From positions 1-31,994 of the IMG/VR virus record IMGVR_UViG_3300009678_000534: a DNA stretch of 31,994 bases. One strand, 5' to 3'. Below are positions 18,403 through 25,776 of the stretch, in pieces. Source of the stretch: a virus (Duplodnaviria > Caudoviricetes). The notes beneath the pieces are model-generated. The model ran no database searches, was not told the DNA's origin, and was given only the letters and a program-made list of their open reading frames with translations. Numbering within the stretch: position 1 is the stretch's first letter; every line of letters begins with the position of its first letter. The position numbers and the translations under genes are program-made.

Positions 18403-18798
18403 TTGAATATTAAATCTATTTATTGGTTAGCTGGTATCCTTGAAGGTGAGGGATGTTTTAGCTTGCACTCTCATATTAAAAGAAGTAAGATTAAATATAA
18501 TTCTGGTTATAGAGTATCAGTTACACCTATAATTAGAATGTCATCTACTGATTTAGATATTGTTAAAAGAGTAAGTGATGTTTTAGGTGCTACTTGTCAA
18601 ATTACAATGCAGAGAAGAAAGCCGAATAAAAATTATTATACAACTACCATATTTGGAAATAAAGCTGTAGCTTGGATGATGACTCTATATTCTTTAATGG
18701 GAAATAGAAGAAAAGAAAGAATTAAATCAATAATTATGCAATGGAAATCTGAATTTAAAGAACTTAGAGATAAAGTAGGTAATTTGACTGGAGAATAA
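18403..18798 (+). CDS. free-standing single-motif LAGLIDADG homing endonuclease
   Basis: YWLAGILEGEGCF motif; TTG start with AAGGAGG RBS; very AT-rich. Confidence 0.8.
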   Translation: MNIKSIYWLAGILEGEGCFSLHSHIKRSKIKYNSGYRVSVTPIIRMSSTDLDIVKRVSDVLGATCQITMQRRKPNKNYYTTTIFGNKAVAWMMTLYSLMGNRRKERIKSIIMQWKSEFKELRDKVGNLTGE

Positions 18799-18800
18799 AT

Positions 18801-19448
18801 ATGGAATCAGTAGTGATGGGAGACAATCAATTCTGTGGTCCAGCAGTTCTATCTATTCTGACTGGTAAGAGCACCGATGAATGTGCGGACATATTCATGA
18901 AGGTTGGTCAGTATGGAGGAAAAGAAGTCAGCGTAGGAACCATTAAGAAAGCATTAGATTATTTAGAATTTGAGTCAACTCAAATTCAAGGTGACTGTAG
19001 CCTTTATGCACTAATGCATCAGATAGTTCATAAGACAGGAATGTATTTAGTAATTGTTCCAAAGCATGTAGTTGCATTAGAGGTAACTGAACAACGTAAA
19101 ATCTTATTTTGCGATAATCATACTAAGAATCCAATGGATGCAGCACACAGCGCAAGGTTAGGACAAAGAGTAAGCATAGTTTATCATATAGTACCAAGGC
19201 CAATACCTAAGTTTGGGCTGGAAGAGATGAAACAGGCTATCTTGAATAGCCTAGAGTATGGACCTAAAGATTGGAATAGAATATATTCAAGCACTGGACA
19301 GCGACCAAAGCCATTGTTCGAGCAAGCAAAGCAGGAACTATTAGATAGCATTCAAGTAATGCAACTATACTGGAACAATAAAGACATTGAGAATGAAATG
19401 GTATTCTTAGCTGAGCATAATCCAAGATTGAGAGGATGGAAAGCATGA
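18801..19448 (+). CDS. papain-like (peptidase C39-like) domain protein
   Basis: NQFCGPAVLSIL, KHVVAL and FCDN give Cys-His-Asp in C39-like order. Confidence 0.55.
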   Translation: MESVVMGDNQFCGPAVLSILTGKSTDECADIFMKVGQYGGKEVSVGTIKKALDYLEFESTQIQGDCSLYALMHQIVHKTGMYLVIVPKHVVALEVTEQRKILFCDNHTKNPMDAAHSARLGQRVSIVYHIVPRPIPKFGLEEMKQAILNSLEYGPKDWNRIYSSTGQRPKPLFEQAKQELLDSIQVMQLYWNNKDIENEMVFLAEHNPRLRGWKA

Positions 19449-19612
19449 TTAACAGTAACTATCTTATGGGAATGGTGCTCTTCATTTCTCTTATGGTAGG
19501 CATAGGACTATTAAGAATAGGTATCAATGAGAACTATTGGTTAGATACCTTAGTAGGTGGAATTACAATCATAGCAACTTTAGCAGTAGCAGTGGTGATA
19601 TTCTATGCATAA
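19445..19612 (+). CDS. 55-aa two-TM membrane protein
   Basis: Not in track. ATGA overlap with the upstream stop; two hydrophobic helices. Confidence 0.65.
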   Translation: MINSNYLMGMVLFISLMVGIGLLRIGINENYWLDTLVGGITIIATLAVAVVIFYA

Positions 19613-19811
19613 ATTCTTTATAACATTTAAGTTCATGTCTGAGTTTAGGAATTGCTTTAGAGTAGTATCAGCAACCTCTCATAAGGAAGCAGTGGAGTTT
19701 GCTAAGCTTACTTATCCATCAGATTATTCGATGGTTTATAGTGAAGCTCAGTGGGTAAATTATGAAGGGAAGACTCAAGCTGTAAGGTTTAATCTAAAGG
19801 AGATTAAATGA
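19605..19811 (+). CDS. hypothetical protein
   Basis: Track ORF, overlapping both neighbours. Confidence 0.65.
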   Translation: MHKFFITFKFMSEFRNCFRVVSATSHKEAVEFAKLTYPSDYSMVYSEAQWVNYEGKTQAVRFNLKEIK

Positions 19812-19984
19812 TTTACTTAAAAGTTGCTCATGTAGATGATGAAGATGCAGATTACTTTTCATTTTCAGGTATACTCTCAGCAGCTAATTATATCTTAGAT
19901 GAACATATAACAGAATATTTTCTATCTGATATTATGTCTGAAGAAGTATCAGAATCAGATTATACATTTATTGAAAGTCAGTAA
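19808..19984 (+). CDS. 58-aa acidic protein
   Basis: Not in track. AAGGAG RBS; MIYLKVAHVDDEDADYFSFSGIL...SEEVSESDYTFIESQ. Confidence 0.65.
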   Translation: MIYLKVAHVDDEDADYFSFSGILSAANYILDEHITEYFLSDIMSEEVSESDYTFIESQ

Positions 19985-20189
19985 CTTGCTTTACATTCTT
20001 ACGGTCACAGAATACAAGGCTGACTTAGAGCAGGTAGAATGCATAAGCATAGCTTTTGAATCTTTTGGCAAGCTTATAGGCTTTATGATAGAAATAGAGA
20101 AATCAGTAAGAATAGCTAAGTTTGAGATAGAATTTAATGGGTATAATCCTACGGATAATTGGGAAGGAGTTATTTGTAGAGATGCATAA
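19971..20189 (+). CDS. hypothetical protein
   Basis: Track ORF with TTG start; fills the gap. Confidence 0.5.
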   Translation: MKVSNLLYILTVTEYKADLEQVECISIAFESFGKLIGFMIEIEKSVRIAKFEIEFNGYNPTDNWEGVICRDA

Positions 20190-20403
20190 AAGGTTTCTCA
20201 AAGAGTGCCCAAACATAACTCAAGTTCTAGAGAATAGATATTCTGAGATTATGAATGCTTTGACTCAGAATGAAACTTCAGCTCTTATTACTGAAGAAGA
20301 AGAGATTGAGATTGCTAAGTTCTTAGAGAAGTTACCAACTAAGTCTTTTGTTAGAGTTATAATGTTTGGATACTTAAGTGATACCAGTAAGGATGTAATA
20401 TGA
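20182..20403 (+). CDS. hypothetical protein
   Basis: Track ORF 20137..20403; likelier start is ATG 20182 downstream of AAGGAG. Confidence 0.6.
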   Translation: MHKRFLKECPNITQVLENRYSEIMNALTQNETSALITEEEEIEIAKFLEKLPTKSFVRVIMFGYLSDTSKDVI

Positions 20404-21257
20404 GAACAGTAGTTTTAGACAGTCAAATATTTTCAAACTTACAGCGGTGTGAGTTGAGAGTATTACTGCGATTTGAAATGGACTTAACTACACCCGATAA
20501 GAGTCCATCCTTGCAGCGCGGGAGCTTAATACATGACTTCTTTGCTGGTTACTATGGTCATCGTTTGGTTAGTGGGAATAGTGCTGATTGGATTGATTGC
20601 GCCCAAAAAGGTTGGGAAGTATTCAAACCTAAGTCTGCATTGACTTCATTAACAGAGAAAGACATAAACAATCTTGAGAGAAGCTTAAGCCAGTATGTAG
20701 AGATGTGGCGATACGAACCGATGGAAGTACTGGCCGCTGAAGAACCTTTTAGTTTGTTGTTATATGAAAGTGAAGAAGAAGATTTAAGAATAGTTTATGT
20801 TGGAGTAATTGACTTAATTGCTAGAGCCATTGGAGGTCAGGAAGTTAAAGTCTATGACCATAAGAGTCAAGCTCGCAAGTCAGATTACTTAGTACTTGAC
20901 GACCAATTTGAAGGTTATGCTGTAGCAACGGAAAGTAATTTGCTTTGGGTAAACGTAATAGGTCTTCAAGAGACATTGAAGCCTCATGAGAAATTACGTA
21001 GAGTTCCGTTATCATATCCACCATATGTACTTGAACGCTGGAAGAAGCATTGTATTTATTGGGTTAAGAGATACTTAGTTGATAAAGAGAATAATGAATG
21101 GCCTGAGAATCACCAAGGTTGTAATAAGTTTCAGCTTTGTGAGTTCTATGGATACTGCACAGCGGCCAGTGATGAAGCAAGAGCATGGAAATTACAGACT
21201 GAATTTATTAAAGGTGAGAAGTGGGACCCAACTAAAGTATTGGAGAATAGAGAATGA
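20400..21257 (+). CDS. PD-(D/E)xK Cas4/AddB-like exonuclease
   Basis: GSLIHD, EEPF, GVIDLI, YDHKS; one N-terminal and three C-terminal Cys (CNKFQLCEFYGYC), the iron-staple pattern. Confidence 0.85.
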   Translation: MRTVVLDSQIFSNLQRCELRVLLRFEMDLTTPDKSPSLQRGSLIHDFFAGYYGHRLVSGNSADWIDCAQKGWEVFKPKSALTSLTEKDINNLERSLSQYVEMWRYEPMEVLAAEEPFSLLLYESEEEDLRIVYVGVIDLIARAIGGQEVKVYDHKSQARKSDYLVLDDQFEGYAVATESNLLWVNVIGLQETLKPHEKLRRVPLSYPPYVLERWKKHCIYWVKRYLVDKENNEWPENHQGCNKFQLCEFYGYCTAASDEARAWKLQTEFIKGEKWDPTKVLENRE

Positions 21258-21427
21258 CAAAAGAACAGCTTCTTTATGTTAGGAAGATTCTTAGTATAAT
21301 TACACCACAAGATGAGCATGTACGGAAAGCAGTAGCATATGTAGAGAAAGACATTGCTCAGTTCGATGCTCGGCGCGGTCAAATGAAAGAGCAATATGAA
21401 GCAGATACTAGAGGATACTTCATATGA
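21254..21427 (+). CDS. 57-aa hypothetical protein
   Basis: Not in track. ATGA overlaps at both ends; MTKEQLLYVRKILS... Confidence 0.65.
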   Translation: MTKEQLLYVRKILSIITPQDEHVRKAVAYVEKDIAQFDARRGQMKEQYEADTRGYFI

Positions 21428-21633
21428 CACCAGAATTAAAGCAAAAATTGCTTGAACTAGCAACTGAGCTTCGAGAAGAAAGTAGGTTCCATTATGATGC
21501 ATGGAAACGTAGCATTGATGGTAATGCAAGCGTAAGAACACAGGGTAGATTATCTTATGATAAGTATGCAACTATGGAACATGTAGCTGGTCTAATGGAA
21601 GAAGTAACAAAGAAAGAAAAGGAATTAGTATGA
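21424..21633 (+). CDS. hypothetical protein
   Basis: Track ORF, coupled to neighbours. Confidence 0.65.
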   Translation: MTPELKQKLLELATELREESRFHYDAWKRSIDGNASVRTQGRLSYDKYATMEHVAGLMEEVTKKEKELV

Positions 21634-21761
21634 TTAAGAAAGTATGCATATACATGAATGAGAATATACCTTGTGGTAAGATGTTTAGAGTTAGAGATAA
21701 GAAGCGTAAGTTTTGCAGGAAGCATAGTAAAAGCAATAGACCCAATAGGAAGATAGGATAA
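21630..21761 (+). CDS. 43-aa basic CCCH-type micro-protein
   Basis: Not in track. MIKKVCIYMNENIPCGKMFRVRDKKRKFCRKHSK... Confidence 0.55.
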   Translation: MIKKVCIYMNENIPCGKMFRVRDKKRKFCRKHSKSNRPNRKIG

Positions 21762-21765
21762 AGTT

Positions 21766-22080
21766 ATGCCTGGATTGAAACATATACATCAGTATCGACG
21801 CGCTGTAGGTAGGCTGACTAAGAACAATGCTGATAGTAAGATGGTTAATTACTACAAGTGTATATTGCCTGGGTGTACACACTATATTCGAGACTTCTTA
21901 ATCTTGGGTAAAGAGTCTATTTGTAACAAGTGTGGAAATAAATTCTCTTTGCCACTGACACTGAGAATGTTGAAGAACATCCCACATTGCAAAAGATGTA
22001 CTAAGAAGTATATTAGGAGAGCAGACTTGGAGAAAGCTCTTGATGAAACCATTGATGAAGCAATGGATATTGAAGTATGA
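21766..22080 (+). CDS. zinc-finger protein
   Basis: HIHQY...CILPGCTH...CNKCG...CKRC. Confidence 0.7.
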   Translation: MPGLKHIHQYRRAVGRLTKNNADSKMVNYYKCILPGCTHYIRDFLILGKESICNKCGNKFSLPLTLRMLKNIPHCKRCTKKYIRRADLEKALDETIDEAMDIEV

Positions 22081-22412
22081 TAGAAGATGAAAATGAATTA
22101 TGTTCTCATGGTACTTCACTAGATATACATTGCTGTGATTGTCATTCTGGATTTTTATTTGACATAGATTCATGTACATGTGAACTTAACTCAGATAGGA
22201 GAATACAAATGAAAAGGTATTACACTACAAGTAGCCCAGATGCAGCACGTCATATTCTTAGAGAGACTGAGCAAGAGACAATCAATGAAGCAGTTAGGCA
22301 AGTAGAATCTGGTATCCATGATGTAAGATATGTTGTTAAGATTGTTAAGGTAGTTAAGAGAGCAGAAAGACCTGTTAGAGTTATTGATTTAGATAAGGAT
22401 GAGGAAGATTAA
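22077..22412 (+). CDS. hypothetical protein with Cys-rich N-terminus; possible internal start at MKRYYTT
   Basis: CSHG...HCCDCH...CTC; in-frame ATG preceded by AGGAG. Confidence 0.6.
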   Translation: MIEDENELCSHGTSLDIHCCDCHSGFLFDIDSCTCELNSDRRIQMKRYYTTSSPDAARHILRETEQETINEAVRQVESGIHDVRYVVKIVKVVKRAERPVRVIDLDKDEED

Positions 22413-22534
22413 TGAGTATCATTTCTAGAATACTAGATGTGATTTGGGAGTGGTGGCACAAGAACGAGTTTACTTATATCAAGGTAAGAAGAATAACTCC
22501 ATATAGAGAGAAGAAACATGAGCTTTCACGTTAA
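22412..22534 (+). CDS. 40-aa hypothetical protein
   Basis: Not in track. TAATG overlap; MSIISRILDVIWEWWHK... Confidence 0.5.
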   Translation: MSIISRILDVIWEWWHKNEFTYIKVRRITPYREKKHELSR

Positions 22535-22694
22535 GCTTTATAAGTGTATAGTGTGTAATGGATTCTTTGAAATATGGACTCATAATGAGTCAGAAGAGGA
22601 ATATACTCATAAACAAGGTAGCATGAGTAACAAAAATTTGTCTAAGCTTTGTAAGTGTGAGCATCCTGAAAAAGAAGAGATAACTTATGCCTAA
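22518..22694 (+). CDS. 58-aa zinc-ribbon-like protein
   Basis: Not in track. YKCIVCNGFFE...LCKCEH. Confidence 0.5.
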   Translation: MSFHVKLYKCIVCNGFFEIWTHNESEEEYTHKQGSMSNKNLSKLCKCEHPEKEEITYA

Positions 22695-23463
22695 AACATC
22701 AGATAATGTTCTCGGACGTAGGTTCTTTGCTTTGTTTGTTGGATTAACTGGTAGTGGAAAGACACTAGCTGGTGCAAGCTGGCCTGGACTGCTAGAGTTT
22801 ATTGACTTTGATGACCGAATGGATGCTGTGAAGATGTATCTTCCAGCGCGCACTAATATTAACTTTGATAAGTTTAACTTAACTAATTTTGAGGAGTTTG
22901 CATATAAGTTTATTCCTAGACTTACTAAAGACTGTCCTTATAGCATGGTTCAGTTGGCAGGGATTACTTCGCTGACGCATCTTGCGATAACTTATCAAAT
23001 GCATCAGATGAGTGGAGGTGACAATCTTAAGAAGACTAAAGGTGGATTAATGGTTCCTTCTTGGGACCAATTCAATGGAGAGGCAATGATTGTAGGGCAA
23101 GTACTCGATGCTCTAAAGAGTTTACCTTGTAGCGTAATCGTAGAAGCACATCCTGTATCTCGTATTAACTCTGTTACTAATGAAAAGTATACATCACTTG
23201 CAGCGTTTGGACCTAAAGTCGAGAGTATTATTCCAGGATACTTTAACGAAGTCTATTTCTTTAAGATTGAAAAAAGTATTGATGGCAGTGTCAAGCATGT
23301 ATGTTATACAAGACCTACAGAAGAGTATCCATTAGCTAAGACTACTCTTCCTATTAAGTCTAAGTACACAATGACAGATGACAATGGGCAGCCACTCTCA
23401 TTGTATGATCTCATTCAAGCTGATTTGACTGAGCATCAAGTTAAGTTGGCAGGACAGGAGTAA
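22687..23463 (+). CDS. Sak4-like (AAA_24) P-loop ATPase / recombinase
   Basis: GLTGSGKT, FIDFD, IVEAH, IPGYFNEV, LAKT; near exonuclease and SSB genes. Confidence 0.75.
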   Translation: MPKTSDNVLGRRFFALFVGLTGSGKTLAGASWPGLLEFIDFDDRMDAVKMYLPARTNINFDKFNLTNFEEFAYKFIPRLTKDCPYSMVQLAGITSLTHLAITYQMHQMSGGDNLKKTKGGLMVPSWDQFNGEAMIVGQVLDALKSLPCSVIVEAHPVSRINSVTNEKYTSLAAFGPKVESIIPGYFNEVYFFKIEKSIDGSVKHVCYTRPTEEYPLAKTTLPIKSKYTMTDDNGQPLSLYDLIQADLTEHQVKLAGQE

Positions 23464-23466
23464 ATT

Positions 23467-23745
23467 ATGTGTCAAGGTCCAAGTAATAATCCAGCAGGTA
23501 AACTTAATGAACTTAATAGAGTAATTAATTCACAAAAGAGAATGGATCAAGCAAAAGGTTATGCTTCGGAAGAGTCTACTGGTGGTACTGATAGACCATA
23601 CTCATACATTAGGAGAGTTATTGAAGATCAAATAAAAATGCAAGAGATGAGACTTGTTGAACTTCATAATGAACTTGAATTGTTGGATAGGAATCCAGAT
23701 ACAGAAGCTATGTTAAACTTGGATAGGAAGTATAAACATTTTTAA
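23467..23745 (+). CDS. hypothetical protein
   Basis: AGGAG RBS; coiled-coil C-terminal half. Confidence 0.7.
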   Translation: MCQGPSNNPAGKLNELNRVINSQKRMDQAKGYASEESTGGTDRPYSYIRRVIEDQIKMQEMRLVELHNELELLDRNPDTEAMLNLDRKYKHF

Positions 23746-23858
23746 CTACACAGAAGGGTGGTGGTGTTTTTGATTGGAAGTATGTAGATGGTTTTACCTA
23801 AGAAGGCTACTGAAGAGGTAGCAAAAACAACAACTCTAACTTAAAGGAAAACAAAACA

Positions 23859-24272
23859 ATGAGAGTCAATCTAGATTCAGCAGCTTTGGCAAAAGGTACT
23901 TTAGTTACTCCAGGTTGGTATCCTTGCAAGATTACTGGATACAAAGAAGAACCTGCCAAGACTGACCGTTCCACTAATGGTGTTGTTAATTTTGAAATTC
24001 TTACTGGGGATTTCAAGGGCGCTGGTGGAATGAGACTTTATAATGAGAAGGCTCTTGGCTTTGCTAAGACTTTACTTATTAGCTTAGGCGCAAAGATGGT
24101 TGATGATGGTCAAGGTGGAAAGAAGCTCAGCGCAGAGCTTTCTAAAGAAATCTTGATTGGTAAGTTGGTTGATGTTTACTTTGTCCGTGGTGCTTCCAAT
24201 AAGGGTAATGAGTTCAATGAACCTAAGGACTTTGCACCAATTGGAACGAATACTGGATATAAAGCTGCGTAG
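23859..24272 (+). CDS. single-stranded DNA-binding protein (DUF669-like)
   Basis: LVTPGWYPCKI...FEILTGDFKG...LIGKLVDV...NEFNEPKDF pattern; follows the Sak4-like gene. Confidence 0.7.
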   Translation: MRVNLDSAALAKGTLVTPGWYPCKITGYKEEPAKTDRSTNGVVNFEILTGDFKGAGGMRLYNEKALGFAKTLLISLGAKMVDDGQGGKKLSAELSKEILIGKLVDVYFVRGASNKGNEFNEPKDFAPIGTNTGYKAA

Positions 24273-24439
24273 AGTTCCAGCCTCATTGTATTAAAGTACA
24301 ATAGAGGAATAGGCAGGGTTTTTGCTACTCTTTCCTTGTGGATAAAATAAGAGTAGCACCTGAGTGTGTAATAAGTCCTTACTATGACCCAATAACGGGA
24401 AGTAAGTAAAATACCTTATTAGCACTCAGGTTCTTCTTT

Positions 24440-24527
24440 GCCAGTGTGGTGGAATTGGTATACACAAGAGACTTAAAATCTCTCGTTCTTAACGAACATC
24501 AGGGTTCGAGTCCCTGCGCTGGCACCA
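24440..24527 (+). tRNA. tRNA-Leu, anticodon TAA
   Basis: Acceptor GCCAGTG/CGCTGGC, anticodon arm AGAGA-CTTAAAA-TCTCT, long variable arm, GTTCGAG T-loop, encoded ACCA end. Confidence 0.95.
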
Positions 24528-24597
24528 CTTGAAAGCTCACCAATCGGCGCAGCGCATGAGTGGATTAAGGAAACGATTCATTGAAGGAGACAGAAAA

Positions 24598-24729
24598 ATG
24601 GAAAAGCCTGAAGAAATTGATTTGCCAGATGAAGAAACTGCACCAGAGAAGGTAGAAGAAGATGAAGTAGATGATCCATTTGCAGAAGATGATGAAGAGG
24701 AAGATGAAGAAGATGAGGATTTGCTGTAA
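24598..24729 (+). CDS. 43-aa hyper-acidic peptide
   Basis: AAGGAG RBS, ATG 24598; 26 of 43 residues are D/E. Confidence 0.75.
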   Translation: MEKPEEIDLPDEETAPEKVEEDEVDDPFAEDDEEEDEEDEDLL

Positions 24730-24800
24730 TTAAACTCAGTGAGAAGCTTGTGCTTGTGCTCAAACAAAGCATAAGCACAAGCTTCTAAGGTTCTTATAAG

Positions 24801-25040
24801 ATGCTTAAAAAAAAGAGTACTTGGCAAGATACTTGTAAAGAGTTAGTTAAAGCACAAGAAGAAAATAGCTTATCTTGTCGTGAGCTTAGTCACATAGTAG
24901 GCTATAGTCATGGTACAATTTCTCAGTGTCTTACATTAGGTTATGCGCTGAGAGTGTATCCTGAGCTAGAGAAGATTAAGCATCTTACAAAAGCCTTAGA
25001 ATTTATAAAGGATAAGAAGTTTAAAAGAAAGATTAATTAG
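24801..25040 (+). CDS. small HTH DNA-binding protein
   Basis: LSCRELSHIVGYSHGTISQCL helix-turn-helix pattern. Confidence 0.65.
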   Translation: MLKKKSTWQDTCKELVKAQEENSLSCRELSHIVGYSHGTISQCLTLGYALRVYPELEKIKHLTKALEFIKDKKFKRKIN

Positions 25041-25241
25041 ATGCCCAAGTCAGTTATATCTTCAGAGGAGCTATGTAATTTTTTCCTTAATGGATTTATA
25101 AATGGATATATTCCTCAAGATAAAATCACTAGTAATGTTCAAGATATTGATATAGAAAATGAAGGTGATTATATAAAGATAGCTACATGGAAACTTGGAT
25201 TTATAGCTGGCAATCAAGCCAATACCTGGAGGTTAAACTAA
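25041..25241 (+). CDS. hypothetical protein
   Basis: Track ORF, abutting both neighbours. Confidence 0.55.
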   Translation: MPKSVISSEELCNFFLNGFINGYIPQDKITSNVQDIDIENEGDYIKIATWKLGFIAGNQANTWRLN

Positions 25242-25774
25242 TGGCATCACAAACTTATCTAGATGCGCTGAAAAGACAAGCAGAAATTCACATTAGGAAG
25301 AACGCAGATTATGCCGGTAATAGGGGATGGGCATTTAACTTCGAGTTCAGCGCGCGCATTGCAGAAGAATTTAAAGATCCAGTTGATAAGGTATTTGTTG
25401 TATTAATTACAACCAAACTTGCTAGGCTTGCTGTGCTTACTGGTAGTGAAAGTAAACCAAATAATGAGAGTATTCAAGATAGCTTCGACGATTTAGCTGT
25501 ATACGCTGGTATGTGGGGTGCATATAATCTAGATCATACTCAAGCTGAACAGTTAAGTACTCAAGATAATATTGATAAAACAGATAATAAATGGCAATTT
25601 ATGTTACAGAGTGGATATGAATATGTACATTCTCATAAAGAATTTAGACGTGCAGAGATAGCTCCTTTTGTTATTTCTAGAGATGAATGGGAAGCTTCAA
25701 GTATTGATAAGCTAGCAAATCGTATTGGTGTAAAGAAGATTGAACATGCATTCTTACATACACATAAAGGATAG
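25241..25774 (+). CDS. DUF1599 / nucleotide-modification-associated domain 1 (Nmad1)-like protein
   Basis: RKNADYAG...NFE...KLARL...NESIQDSFDDLAVY; likelier start is ATG 25241 after GGAGG. Confidence 0.7.
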   Translation: MASQTYLDALKRQAEIHIRKNADYAGNRGWAFNFEFSARIAEEFKDPVDKVFVVLITTKLARLAVLTGSESKPNNESIQDSFDDLAVYAGMWGAYNLDHTQAEQLSTQDNIDKTDNKWQFMLQSGYEYVHSHKEFRRAEIAPFVISRDEWEASSIDKLANRIGVKKIEHAFLHTHKG

Positions 25775-25776
25775 GA

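Noticed and set aside
18313-18800. Group I intron around the LAGLIDADG ORF
   Set aside because: The helicase ends intact, the next gene starts 2 nt after the stop, and there is no room for an intron core.
20400-21257. Cas4-like gene as a sign of CRISPR-Cas
   Set aside because: No repeat-spacer array or other cas genes; stand-alone Cas4-like nucleases are common phage recombination genes.
24359-24430. Hammerhead ribozyme or second tRNA
   Set aside because: CTATGA...GAAG does not match the CUGANGA/GAAA core with three stems; no T-loop or CCA end.
24537-24827. Poly-Ser and Leu/His ORFs on the minus strand
   Set aside because: Antisense shadows of the acidic peptide at 24598.
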